In this document: positions 30,593 through 40,233 of the stretch, piece by piece
How the letters are laid out: every line of letters begins with the position of its first letter
Numbering within the stretch: position 1 is the first letter of the stretch
NCBI GenBank assembly: GCA_947085465.1
Contig: CAMTWQ010000015.1
Span: 1,201 to 65,200, forward strand
Reading direction: 5' to 3'
From: an uncultured Alphaproteobacteria bacterium
Lineage (GTDB): Bacteria; Pseudomonadota; Alphaproteobacteria; UBA11222
Length of the DNA: 64,000 nt
Translations under genes and position numbers: made by a program
Notes under the pieces: model-generated
The model's database searches: none
Seen by the model: only the letters and a program-made list of their open reading frames with translations
What the model was told of the DNA's origin: nothing

Positions 30593-30961
30593 ATGAGCCT
30601 AACCGATCTTGACCATTATAATATCGTGACCAGCGATCTGAACCGTTCAATCAAGTTTTATGAAGAGGTGCTTGGCTTGCGCAATGGAGAGCGCCCGCGA
30701 ACCCGTATCCCCGGGGCCTGGCTCTATTGCGGCGAAAAGGCCGTTGTTCATCTGGTTGGAGTCGAAAAAAATGATAAAAGCGGCGGCGGCACGATCGATC
30801 ATGTGGCCTTCCGCGCTAACGGATTTGACACCATGCGCGCTAGCCTGCAGGAGCGCGGAGTTGCGTTTTCCGAGATGGCCATTCCGGGGTTCAACGTAAG
30901 GCAAATTTTTGTAAATGACCCGGATGGGGTGAAGGTTGAACTGAATTTTTTCGGAAACTAA
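30593..30961 (+). CDS. VOC (glyoxalase/bleomycin-resistance/dioxygenase) family protein
   Basis: The likely start is MSLTDLDHYNIVTSDLNRSIKFYEEVLGL (ATG 30593, gggggcgga upstream), and HVAF is present. Confidence 0.7.
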   Translation: MSLTDLDHYNIVTSDLNRSIKFYEEVLGLRNGERPRTRIPGAWLYCGEKAVVHLVGVEKNDKSGGGTIDHVAFRANGFDTMRASLQERGVAFSEMAIPGFNVRQIFVNDPDGVKVELNFFGN

Positions 30962-30980
30962 CCTGCGCCGAACAATATTA

Positions 30981-31998
30981 TCAGCGGATTTGCGGCTGGG
31001 AGTTCGTAATGCCGCTGAACCGCATCGCTGCAATGCTGCCGGATTGCAGCGCTTCGGCGCGGATTGCCCACCGCTTTGATTCATACGCCAGTGCGCGGCG
31101 CAATTCTGATTGCATAGCCGGGTCTTTCTCCATCTCGACCAAGGCGTCGATTTTTTTGCTTAGGCCGCGAAATCCTTCCGTAATGAACTCCGTATATTTC
31201 GGCGTCAAATCCTCGGTTACGCGTAGCTCTAACTTCGCCCCTGCGAAGCCTGCTGCGTATTCCTCGCGGGTCCAGAAATGACTGGGCTTATCCTCGATCT
31301 CATTCCATGCGGTAATCTGCGAGCTGTCTTTAGATTTTGTCGTGGCCACATAGTCGATAATGAAAAATTGCCCGCGCAGCTTTAATGCTAACTCCACGGC
31401 GGCAAGCAGCGGGGCTTTGTCTGATACCTGATGGAATGTTTCCTTTGAAAAGAAGCAGTCTAATTTTCGTTGCGGCCATTTGATGGATGCAAAATCGGCA
31501 TGGGTAACGGGAACTTTCCTGCTCATGCCGTGCATGGTGGATTGCTCCATGCCGACTTTGGCAAGTTCCAGCTCTTCCTCATAGGGCGTGATCCAGATTC
31601 CGAATGCGGTGCTGATCGCGCGCGAAGGCCCGCCTAGCCCTGCGCCAAGATCGATCATGCTCATTTCCGAAGTCAGCCCCAGCATAGCGGTATGTTCGGC
31701 AATATACTCAGCGGGTCCGGGGGTAAGATTTCCAGGGCCCCATAATTCTTCGGAGACGCGCGCGCGCGGGCAGGCTGGGGCCCCGCTGGCGCGGGGCCTC
31801 GGTGTGCCTGGCTTCCAGCCCTGGCAAGGTCCCGCGATTTAATGTTGCCCGAAGAAAATCGTTACCGTTCCACCAGTCAGCGAACCAGCGTTTGAATTCC
31901 GTCCACACCAGCTTCAATGGCGGCGGTTCATCGCCATTCCACCATGCAACGCATATTTGCTTGAAAACCGTTATGAAGGCGGGCGGTGTCAGCGGCAT
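30981..31998 (-). pseudogene. class I SAM-dependent methyltransferase split over two reading frames at a (CG)6 tract
   Basis: The C-terminal ORF 30981-31685 has motif I (MIDLGAGLGGP). Its frame stays open and protein-like for a further 50 codons upstream (...VSEELWGPGNLTPGPAEYIAEHTA) with no ATG, GTG or TTG. The 96-aa ORF 31708-31998 lies in a different frame. The two frames meet at cgcgcgcgcgcg (31757-31768). Confidence 0.5.
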
Positions 31999-32090
31999 AA
32001 GATTTGCCCTAAACTCGTCAGAGGTGGTTTATCAGAGAATCATACCAATCGCCCCATGCATAAGATTCCAGATAACTTACGGCGCAAACC

Positions 32091-33080
32091 TTAACGGCGA
32101 ATTAACTTCGTTTGCCGGGGAACTTTTCTCAGTTCTTCTTTACCGGACGGCAGCGCGCCGCTGCTGTCATCCACCCATGCGGCAATATCGCGCCACACGG
32201 TTTGGGCCTGCAAATCGCGCAGCAGCATATGATAGCCGTTGGGATAAATGGCCACCCGCGTGGACCCTGGCAGCGCCGCAATCACCTCCCGCACTGGCTT
32301 TTCCGGAATCACCTCGTCGTACGCGCCATACAAAAGCAGCACCGGCAGCCGCACCCGCGCCGCCGCCCGGTAGCCGCTCTCCATCAGGCTTACCAAGCCA
32401 TAGACCGCGTCGGTCCGGGTTTCGTGAATGATCATCGGATCACGTCCCAGCGCGCGCAGCATTTCGATATTATCTGACGCTTTGACGCCCAGGCCCTGGC
32501 CCGTCATCTTGTTCGCCCGGACGGTGTGCGCAGCGAGCCATAATGCGCTTTTATAAATGGGGTTGAGGGATGACCAGCCCCATACGGCCGGAGCGGCAAG
32601 GATCACCCCATCTACATCCAGGGGCTGCTCTGCGCCGGCAAGTTCAAGCGCCACGGCGCCGCCCATGCTCATCCCCAGCAGATATACCGGCAACCCCGGA
32701 TGCGCTTTGCGAACCAGCCCAATCATGCTTCGGGCGTCATCCGTCAAAATATCTGAACCAGGCCAGACGCCGCGATGCGGCGCACCGCCGAAACCACGCT
32801 GATCATAGGCATAGGTAGTGACGCCATGCCGCATCCACCACTGGGCGGCCATGTCAAACTCAGTGCGGTAATCGTTGAAACCGTGCAACGCCACAATCAC
32901 TGCGCGCGGCGTTGGCGCCGCATGGACTTTCAGCGGCAATCGCGCGCCATCCGCCGCCACATAATGACGGGCTTCGAGATGCGGCGCCCCAAGCTGCGGG
33001 CCAGGCATTTGCGAAAGCGGCGCACATGCTACAGACACCGTCAAATAGACGAACGCGGCGGCGGCGCTACGGTTTGGCAA
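32091..33080 (-). CDS. alpha/beta hydrolase (lysophospholipase-like), probable lipoprotein
   Basis: It has HGFNDY and the nucleophile elbow GMSMGG. The N-terminus FVYLTVSVAC is lipobox-like. Confidence 0.7.
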   Translation of the reverse strand: MPNRSAAAAFVYLTVSVACAPLSQMPGPQLGAPHLEARHYVAADGARLPLKVHAAPTPRAVIVALHGFNDYRTEFDMAAQWWMRHGVTTYAYDQRGFGGAPHRGVWPGSDILTDDARSMIGLVRKAHPGLPVYLLGMSMGGAVALELAGAEQPLDVDGVILAAPAVWGWSSLNPIYKSALWLAAHTVRANKMTGQGLGVKASDNIEMLRALGRDPMIIHETRTDAVYGLVSLMESGYRAAARVRLPVLLLYGAYDEVIPEKPVREVIAALPGSTRVAIYPNGYHMLLRDLQAQTVWRDIAAWVDDSSGALPSGKEELRKVPRQTKLIRR

Positions 33081-34485
33081 GGCGTTTTGTCAGCCGGTAA
33101 AGAAATTCATGACTGTCGAAAAGTTGTTTAACGCCAATGCGTTCGTCTTTGCCATGCATCCGGTTCTCAAAGCGGTCAATGAACAGGCCGCTTACCCCAT
33201 AACTGGGAATTCCCGCATTGCGCAGAAAGCGCGAGTCAGTAGCGCCCGGCACCATAAAAGGAATGACCGGAACGCCGGGCCACATTGACTGCGCAACATC
33301 GCGCGTTGCGGTGACGATTTCACTGTCTATGGGGGAAGGGTCGCTTGCCACGTCGATGAAGTCCAGTTTTACAGATATCGCCTCATCCGCCACTGTTTTC
33401 ACCAGGCTGGCGGTTACGTCATCTATGCTTTGTCCCGGCAGAATACGGCAATTGACGAAGGCGCGGGCGAGTTGCGGCAGCGCATTGTCGGCGTGACCGC
33501 CTTCCAGCCTTGTCGCCACGCATGTCGTGCGCAGCAATGCATTGACAGGCGCAACAGCCGATAGACGCGCTAGCGCCGCCGCATCCGGCGCCAGCCCCGC
33601 CATATTCTTCATATCATCCGCTATCTGGCCCAGTTCCAACTCTGAACTGAGTAAGAAATACTGGCGTGTCGTGTCATTCAGACTGGCGGGAAAATCGAAT
33701 GCCTGCAATTTCGCAAGACCGCCGGCCAGCCGGTAGATCGCATTATCCCTGGAAGGCATCGAGCTGTGGCCGCCATTGTTGCGCACCTCCAGCCAGTAAT
33801 TGGCGAAAACTTTCTCGGCTGTTTGCAACAGAAAAGAATAGGGTGCGCCCTTATCGAGCATACCCCTGCCGCCTTCATTGATGGCGAATTCCGCATCGAT
33901 CAGAGCGCGATGGTTTTTTATCAGCCACGACGCGCCGTTATAACCGGAGATTGGCGTCTCCTCATCGGTGGTCAACGCCAGAATGATGTCACGATCAGGC
34001 TGTAGCCCGTCTTTTTTGAAGCGGATGAGATTGGCCACGAAGATCGCTGCCATAGACTTGTCATCGATGGCGCCGCGCGCGTGGAAATAGCCATCCTTCT
34101 CGGTCAGCTTAAACGGATCCGTCGTCCAGTCCTCACGCTTGGCTTCAACCACATCCAAATGCGCCAGCAGCAGCAGCGGTTGCTTTGCACCCGTGCCGCG
34201 CAACCGCGCCACCAGATTGCCCTTGCGGGGGCCATTTTGCAAAACCTGCACGTCGGCCTCTGCGAACCCTGCGGCAATCAGATGCCGCGCCATGGCCTTT
34301 GCGGCCACGAGCGTATCGCCGCTAAGCGCAGTGGTATTGATCTCGATCAGCTCTTTATATATCTCGAAGAAATTCTGCTGCTCCGGCGTGCGCGCTTGCT
34401 GCGCCGCCCCGGCCTGGGAAGATGCGCCAAGCAACAGCGCTACGATTACGGCGCAGAACGCCACGCAAGCCCAGACCCTGTTCAT
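33067..34485 (-). CDS. M20-family metallopeptidase, secreted
   Basis: It has a signal peptide (AVIVALLLGASSQAGA) and the motifs LLLAHLDVV and TTDEE. Confidence 0.7.
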   Translation of the reverse strand: MNRVWACVAFCAVIVALLLGASSQAGAAQQARTPEQQNFFEIYKELIEINTTALSGDTLVAAKAMARHLIAAGFAEADVQVLQNGPRKGNLVARLRGTGAKQPLLLLAHLDVVEAKREDWTTDPFKLTEKDGYFHARGAIDDKSMAAIFVANLIRFKKDGLQPDRDIILALTTDEETPISGYNGASWLIKNHRALIDAEFAINEGGRGMLDKGAPYSFLLQTAEKVFANYWLEVRNNGGHSSMPSRDNAIYRLAGGLAKLQAFDFPASLNDTTRQYFLLSSELELGQIADDMKNMAGLAPDAAALARLSAVAPVNALLRTTCVATRLEGGHADNALPQLARAFVNCRILPGQSIDDVTASLVKTVADEAISVKLDFIDVASDPSPIDSEIVTATRDVAQSMWPGVPVIPFMVPGATDSRFLRNAGIPSYGVSGLFIDRFENRMHGKDERIGVKQLFDSHEFLYRLTKRLAKP

Positions 34486-36290
34486 GCGGCGCCAGTGGCC
34501 TGAAGTAAACCTGCCGCCATCTGGCGCGGCACCGGAACAGGATAATCCAGCAGCATCTGTGCAAACGCTTTTCCTTGGGGATCGTTGCGCAGGCTGGCCA
34601 CGCCGCCGCCGCCCAGAATATCCTCCAGCAGGAAATTCATTGCATTGACGCCAGGCACTTCAAAGCGATGCACCTTGCCCTGCAATATATGCGCAAAATA
34701 CTCAGCGACTGATTTTTCCGTCAGCGCGGCGCGGATAAAGGGCAGATATTCCGGTTTCCGGGCAATGATCCCAATATTGGAATGATTGCCCTTATCGCCG
34801 CTGCGGCCATAGGCGATCGCCACCAGCGGAACTTCGGCAGATGCGCCAACCGCCGCCTCAGATGCGAGCTTGGGCCGGCTGATTGTCCTTGGGTCAAATC
34901 CGCCTCTGGACGGCGCATCAACCGGGATCACTTCACCCCCCATATGCACAGCGACTGAAACGTCGCGCTTTGCAACCAGGCAGGAATAGAGCCGCACCAC
35001 GGGTGATGCTTTTGGCCGGTTTCCCGCCAGCCCGCAGGTGCCCGCCGCCATCGCGGTCGCTGCCGAGGTCATCTCGCGCACCAGCATATCCAGCGCCTTC
35101 GGCACGGCATGTTTCGCGGCCAGTTTCAGCACCACTTCTCGCACGCTGCGCGCCCGGCTGTGCGGGCCATAGCTTGCCTCCGCGCCGACCACTTCGATGC
35201 TGGTCTCGGTGAAATCCGGCAGGTTCATCTCGCGGAACATGCGGCTACAGCGTTTAAGAACAGCTTCGCCGGTTTTTTCCGCCTTGGCCGCCGCATCAAT
35301 GCCGCCGATGGTGGTGTACATGCCTAGCCGGAAGCCATCCTCATAGGTTGCGGATGTCTTGTAAGTATCCGTCGGCGGACGGCCCTTGGCGTTGCTGAGC
35401 TTTACGCGGTCCTTGCCAATCTCTTCAATTTTCACCATCGAAAAATCACAACTGACATCGGGCAAAAGATAGGCTTGCGGATCGCCGATTTCATACAGCA
35501 TTTGCTCGGCGACCGTGCCAAAGCTGACCAGCCCGCCCGTGTTATCGGGTTTGGAAACCACGAAGCCGCCGTCGGATGAAACTTCCGCGATGGGAAAACC
35601 AATATTGTCCCAGTCCCCGGATAGACGCCAATCGGTGTGAATGCCGCCGGTCGCCTGCGCGCCGCATTCGAGAATATGCCCGACAAGGCTGCCGGCGGCG
35701 AGCTTGTCATAATCGTCAAGCGGCCAGCCAAATTCATGGATGCACGCGCCCAGGCTGACGGCGCTATCGACACAGCGCCCGGTAATGACAATGTCGGCGC
35801 CTTTGCCCAGCGCCACAGCGATCGCCGGCGCGCCCAAATAGCAATTCATCGACATCAGCTTGGGCGGCATGGCTGCGCCACTGAACATTTCTTTTACGCC
35901 CGCAGCGCGCATGGCGCCGGCGCGATCAAGAATGTCATCGCCACTGACCACGGCGACCTTTAGCTTAAGCCCCAGTTCCTCGACCAGGCTCTGCACGGCC
36001 TTGCCGCAGGAAATTGGATTAACACCGCCCGCGTTGGAGATGATCTTGACACCCTGGCGCGCCGCCTCGGGCAGAATGCCGCGCAACACACCTGTGACAA
36101 AATCCAGCGCATAGCCATGTTCGGGATTTTTCGCCCGCGCGCGCGCCATGATCGACATGGTGATTTCCGCCAGATAATCAAACACCAGATAATCGACATT
36201 GCCGCCGCGCAGCAATTGATGCGCGCCCATGCCGGTGTCGCCCCAAAAACCAGTGGCGCCGCCGATGCGTATGCTGTTTTTTCCGCTCAT
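34482..36290 (-). CDS. AtuA-family protein (DUF1446, acyclic-terpene-utilisation-like)
   Basis: The start is MSGKNSIRIGGATGFWGDT (ATG 36290, gggaga upstream). The IGG..GFWGD N-terminus is the DUF1446 signature, and at about 602 aa the length matches fused AtuA. Confidence 0.7.
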   Translation of the reverse strand: MSGKNSIRIGGATGFWGDTGMGAHQLLRGGNVDYLVFDYLAEITMSIMARARAKNPEHGYALDFVTGVLRGILPEAARQGVKIISNAGGVNPISCGKAVQSLVEELGLKLKVAVVSGDDILDRAGAMRAAGVKEMFSGAAMPPKLMSMNCYLGAPAIAVALGKGADIVITGRCVDSAVSLGACIHEFGWPLDDYDKLAAGSLVGHILECGAQATGGIHTDWRLSGDWDNIGFPIAEVSSDGGFVVSKPDNTGGLVSFGTVAEQMLYEIGDPQAYLLPDVSCDFSMVKIEEIGKDRVKLSNAKGRPPTDTYKTSATYEDGFRLGMYTTIGGIDAAAKAEKTGEAVLKRCSRMFREMNLPDFTETSIEVVGAEASYGPHSRARSVREVVLKLAAKHAVPKALDMLVREMTSAATAMAAGTCGLAGNRPKASPVVRLYSCLVAKRDVSVAVHMGGEVIPVDAPSRGGFDPRTISRPKLASEAAVGASAEVPLVAIAYGRSGDKGNHSNIGIIARKPEYLPFIRAALTEKSVAEYFAHILQGKVHRFEVPGVNAMNFLLEDILGGGGVASLRNDPQGKAFAQMLLDYPVPVPRQMAAGLLQATGAA

Positions 36291-36396
36291 GCCCGTTTCT
36301 CCCTTAACATAGAAGCCCAGTTTTGCACAGCCGGGCGGCGCGGTCAAAGCGCACAGAATGTTTGCGTTATGCCGCTGCTAAATTTAGGCTCCGCCA

Positions 36397-37425
36397 ATGA
36401 ATTCTGATACACAGATGACCAAACTCGGCGTACTCGATCAATCTCCCATTCGTCACGGCGGCAGTGCGGCGCAGGCGCTGGCGGAAACCGTTGATCTGGC
36501 CAGGGCGTGCGAGCGGTTTGGCTATCACCGCTATTGGGTGGCCGAGCATCATAACACCAAAAGCTTCGCTGGATCGGCGCCCGAAATTCTGATCAGCAAG
36601 ATTGCCAGTGAAACCAGCCGCATCAGAGTTGGCGCGGGCGGCATTATGCTGCCGCATTACAGCCCGCTGAAAGTCGCTGAATGTTTCAAGCTGCTGGAGG
36701 CGCTGTATCCCGGCCGCATCGATCTGGGCCTGGGCCGCGCGCCCGGTACAGACCAGCGCACCTCGGCGGCGTTGCAGCCCGGCCCGAAGGCCTATCCGAT
36801 CGAGGTGTTCCCGCAACAAATCGAATTGCTGCAACGCTTTCTGGCAGATGATTTTCCTGCCGATCATCCCTATCAGGGCATTCACGCCATGCCGCTTGGC
36901 CCGATGCAGCCCGAAGCGTGGCTGCTTGGCTCAAGCGTCCAGGGCGCGCTCTATGCCGCCGAGTTTGGCCTGCCCTATTGCCATGCGCATTTCATTACAC
37001 CCGAAGCGTCCGAGCAATCGGTGGCGATCTACCGTGAGCGCTTCAGGCCCTCGCCGCAGTTAGCAGAACCTTATGCAGCGCTGGGGGTGAATGCGCTGGC
37101 GGCGGACACGCAAGAGCAGGCGCAGCACATCGCCAAGTCACGCAACCTGTGGGTGACGCATCTGCTGATGGGTAATCGCGGGCGTTTCATTTCCCCCGAG
37201 GCGGTGGACGCGCATCCTTTTACGCAAGCCGAGCGCGCGCTTTACGCCACTATCGAGCATCGCGGGATTAAAGGCACCGGGGCGGAGTGCCGCGACAAAC
37301 TTACCGCATTGGGCGCGCGGCACGGGGTGGATGAATTTATTTTACTGACCATCACCTATGCCCATGCGGATCGGGTGCGGTCGTATGAGTTGATTGCAGC
37401 GGCGTTCGGGCTGAAGCCGGATTAG
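36397..37425 (+). CDS. LLM-class (luciferase-like) flavin-dependent oxidoreductase
   Basis: It has MTKLGVLDQSPI...YHRYWVAEHHN and GGIMLPHYSPLKVAE. Confidence 0.8.
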   Translation: MNSDTQMTKLGVLDQSPIRHGGSAAQALAETVDLARACERFGYHRYWVAEHHNTKSFAGSAPEILISKIASETSRIRVGAGGIMLPHYSPLKVAECFKLLEALYPGRIDLGLGRAPGTDQRTSAALQPGPKAYPIEVFPQQIELLQRFLADDFPADHPYQGIHAMPLGPMQPEAWLLGSSVQGALYAAEFGLPYCHAHFITPEASEQSVAIYRERFRPSPQLAEPYAALGVNALAADTQEQAQHIAKSRNLWVTHLLMGNRGRFISPEAVDAHPFTQAERALYATIEHRGIKGTGAECRDKLTALGARHGVDEFILLTITYAHADRVRSYELIAAAFGLKPD

Positions 37426-38036
37426 GCCTTCGCACTCGGGCGCGCCGACATGGCGTCATGCCAGCGTTTGAGATTTTGCAAATCGTCCGGCATCTGCACC
37501 GCGCCGGTCGCCGCGCCAAAATCCACAGCACATAGCGCGGTAATATCGGCAATGGTAAAATCCGGCCCGGCGACAAAGGCCCGCTCACGCAGCACTGAAT
37601 CCAGATGGCGCATGCCGTTCAGCGCTCGGGCGCGGCTGGCCTCTGCCCATGCGGCGTTCTGATTGGGCTCCATCGCTCTGGCGGTTTCGGTTCCGTGACG
37701 AAACGCATGCGTCACGGGAAACAGCAGTTCAAATTCGGCAATGCGCTGCCACATGGCGGTAAAGGCGCGATCTTCCAGGTTGCGTCCAAACAGCGGCGGA
37801 TTGGGATGCAGCTCTTCAATATAGCGGCAGATGGCCATGGACTCGGTCAGGCATTTCCCGTCATCCAGTTCCAGCACCGGAACCCGCCCCACCGGGTTTT
37901 TGGCGACAAATTCCGGCAGCCTTTGTTCACCCTTGATCAGATTCACCTGAACCGTTGGAATGGCGACACCCTTTTCCGCAAGGAAAATGCGCACACGGCG
38001 CGGATTGGGCGCGGGTTTGAAATCATAAAGTTTCAT
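37422..38036 (-). CDS. glutathione S-transferase
   Basis: The start is MKLYDFKPAPNPRRVRIFLAEKG (ATG 38036, ggaggg upstream), and GRVPVLELDDG is present. Confidence 0.8.
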   Translation of the reverse strand: MKLYDFKPAPNPRRVRIFLAEKGVAIPTVQVNLIKGEQRLPEFVAKNPVGRVPVLELDDGKCLTESMAICRYIEELHPNPPLFGRNLEDRAFTAMWQRIAEFELLFPVTHAFRHGTETARAMEPNQNAAWAEASRARALNGMRHLDSVLRERAFVAGPDFTIADITALCAVDFGAATGAVQMPDDLQNLKRWHDAMSARPSAKA

Positions 38037-38137
38037 TGCTGATTTTCCCTCCGTAAATTGATCTCTCTGTTTTAGAGCACTTTGTTTTCTGATCGAATCG
38101 CAATGACGATGTTGCTTCAATCCGTTCACAAAACGCC

Positions 38138-38551
38138 TTAGACACCGAGCAGGGGGACGCCGATCACGCTGCTTGCGGCGCGCAATTCCTGGTCGAGGGT
38201 CGCGAGAGGCAGACCGCGCCGCTGCGCCAGCTCAAGATAGGCGGCGTCATAGAGCGTGAGCCGGTAGCGATCAGCCAGACGCAGGGTGGTTGACCATGCG
38301 AAAACATCCGTATCCGGATCGGTAGTGATGTTGAGCAAAGCAAGGTCAGTCAGCGCTTCATCGCGGAATTCCGCATCAACACGTCCGCGCCTGACAGCCA
38401 TCAGCAGGCTGTTAGCTATCTCCAAGCGCCAGATTGCTGGTACCCAGGCGCGTCCAGTGATTACGCGGTCAAAGACTTGCTGGACCGGCAAAGTCATCTC
38501 ACCGGTATATATCCAAGCCAGCGAGATCGAGCTATCAACAACGATGGTCAC
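38138..38551 (-). CDS. vapC: PIN-domain toxin (VapC family)
   Basis: The N-terminus is MTIVVDSSISLAW, LTLYDAAYLELAQ follows later, and the gene overlaps the antitoxin stop by 4 nt. Confidence 0.75.
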   Translation of the reverse strand: MTIVVDSSISLAWIYTGEMTLPVQQVFDRVITGRAWVPAIWRLEIANSLLMAVRRGRVDAEFRDEALTDLALLNITTDPDTDVFAWSTTLRLADRYRLTLYDAAYLELAQRRGLPLATLDQELRAASSVIGVPLLGV

Positions 38552-38796
38552 GCGCGGCCCTCATCACGATACGACTTCCACTCTTCCCAGTTAAAGCCGC
38601 CGCCAAGCTTCACGGCGCGCTCACGGATACGGATCGCGGCTTGTTTAGCTTTGGCGCGGTCGAAACCTGGTTCGGCGGAAACCAGCCGCGCCACGGCCTT
38701 GCCGCGCCGGGTGATCAGAATCTGCTCACCCGCTTCAACCAAATCGAGCAGGGCGCCGAATTTGTTTTTCGCCTCAAAGGCGCCGATCTCGCGCAT
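38548..38796 (-). CDS. Phd/YefM-type antitoxin
   Basis: The protein is 82 aa and begins MREIGAFEAKNKFGALLDLVEAGEQILITRRGKAVARLV. Confidence 0.75.
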   Translation of the reverse strand: MREIGAFEAKNKFGALLDLVEAGEQILITRRGKAVARLVSAEPGFDRAKAKQAAIRIRERAVKLGGGFNWEEWKSYRDEGRA

Positions 38797-38809
38797 GGTT
38801 GTTCACTCC

Positions 38810-38845
38810 ATGTAATAAGCTAGCTTACAGGCTAGCTTATTACAT
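38810..38845. promoter_or_regulatory. perfect 15-bp inverted repeat; putative operator of the phd-vapC cassette and/or terminator of the nucleoside-transporter gene
   Basis: The arms atgtaataagctagc (38810-38824) and gctagcttattacat (38831-38845) are separated by ttacag. The repeat lies 14 nt upstream of the antitoxin ATG and overlaps a candidate -10; a TTGAAA lies upstream on the minus strand. Confidence 0.55.
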
Positions 38846-38891
38846 AAATGCTAGGAAATTTCAAGGCGTCACACGCCTATATCAACCCTGC

Positions 38892-40112
38892 CTATATCAA
38901 CCCGGCAATGGCGCCGGTCATCAGGGTGGCGAGGGTGCCGGCCACAATTGACCGCATCCCCAGATGCACGATCTCGGCGCGCCGCTCCGGCGCCATCGCC
39001 GACAGGCCGCCAATCATAATGCCAAGACTGCCGAAATTGGCAAACCCGCACAGCGCGTACAGCATGATCAGACGGCTGCGTTCGCTTAGGCCAATGCCGC
39101 CAGCGCCAGAAAGATCGAGATAGGCGATCAATTCATTCAGCACCGTTTTCGTTCCCATCAGCGCGCCCGCCGATACCGCCTCGGCCCAGGGAATGCCGAT
39201 CAGCCACATCAGCGGCGCGAACAGCCAGCCAAGCATCCGTTGCGCGGTCAAAGGCGCACCCAAAAATTCGGGCAAGGCCCCGAGCCCGAAATTCACCAGC
39301 GCAATGAGCGCCACCAGCACGATCAGCATGGCGATGACATTGGCCAGCAGCATCATGCCCTGCTGGGTTCCTGCTGTGATGGCGTCTATGGCGCTGGCGT
39401 AATGGGTATGCAAGAAACTATCCGCCGCGGTTGGTTGTTCGCGTTCGGGGATCATCACTTGCGAAATCAAAATCGCGGCGGGCAGCGAGATCACCGACGC
39501 CGCCAGAATATGCCCCAGCGCGCCGGGAATCACCGGCTCCAAAAATCCTGCATAGAGGATCATGACGCTGCCTGCGACTGTCGCCATGCCGCCGGTCATC
39601 ACAACAAACATTTCGCTGCGGGTGAGGTGCGGCATAAAGGGGCGGATCAGCAGCGGCGCCTCCACCATGCCGGTAAAAATATTCGCTGCTGTCGCCACGC
39701 CAACCGCGCCGCCTATTCCAAGTGCGTGTTGCAGCGCCCAGGAAAATCCGCCAACGATCATTGGCAAAACGCGCCAATGCCACAACAGCGCCGATAATGC
39801 TGATATCACCAGAATCAGCGGCAAGGCTTGCAGGCCAAGAATGAAACTCGCCGCCGCATTGCTGACCTCAAACGGCATTGGCCCGCCGCCCAGATAGCCA
39901 AACACAAATGAAGTGCCGGCGCGCGTTGCGTTAGATAGGGCGTCAACCGCGCCGTTCAACACCATTAAACCGCGCCAGATAAAGGGAACGCGCAGCAACA
40001 ACAGCGCCAGGGCAAATTGCAGCAGCAACGCCACCGCCACATTCCGCCACCGCACGGCGCGCCTATCCTCGCTGAGCGCCCAGGCAATCGCAATCAGCGC
40101 CGCCAGCCCCAA
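38892..40112 (-). CDS. NupC/CNT-family nucleoside transporter
   Basis: The protein is 406 aa and polytopic, with an N-terminus like GLAALIAIAWALSEDRRAVRW and a C-terminal ALCGFANFGSLGI motif. The start is TTG; no ATG or GTG lies upstream in frame. Confidence 0.75.
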   Translation of the reverse strand: MGLAALIAIAWALSEDRRAVRWRNVAVALLLQFALALLLLRVPFIWRGLMVLNGAVDALSNATRAGTSFVFGYLGGGPMPFEVSNAAASFILGLQALPLILVISALSALLWHWRVLPMIVGGFSWALQHALGIGGAVGVATAANIFTGMVEAPLLIRPFMPHLTRSEMFVVMTGGMATVAGSVMILYAGFLEPVIPGALGHILAASVISLPAAILISQVMIPEREQPTAADSFLHTHYASAIDAITAGTQQGMMLLANVIAMLIVLVALIALVNFGLGALPEFLGAPLTAQRMLGWLFAPLMWLIGIPWAEAVSAGALMGTKTVLNELIAYLDLSGAGGIGLSERSRLIMLYALCGFANFGSLGIMIGGLSAMAPERRAEIVHLGMRSIVAGTLATLMTGAIAGLI

Positions 40113-40233
40113 AATTCCCTGATAAATCGCCGCCCCCCTATGTCTGGACGGTGCTTGACCTGCCGTTCCCCGTCAGGCAAACAATAGCCCGGAAAAGCTA
40201 TAAAACACCATCGCTGCAAGAAAGGATTTTACG

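Noticed and set aside
38072-38145. A possible degenerate C-type repeat (tagagcac...ttttctgatcgaatcg...ttcaatccgttcac...ttagac) lies between the GST gene and vapC.
   Set aside because: Only partial arm similarity remains and the palindrome is broken. I mention it under the family finding but it is too degenerate to list as a feature.
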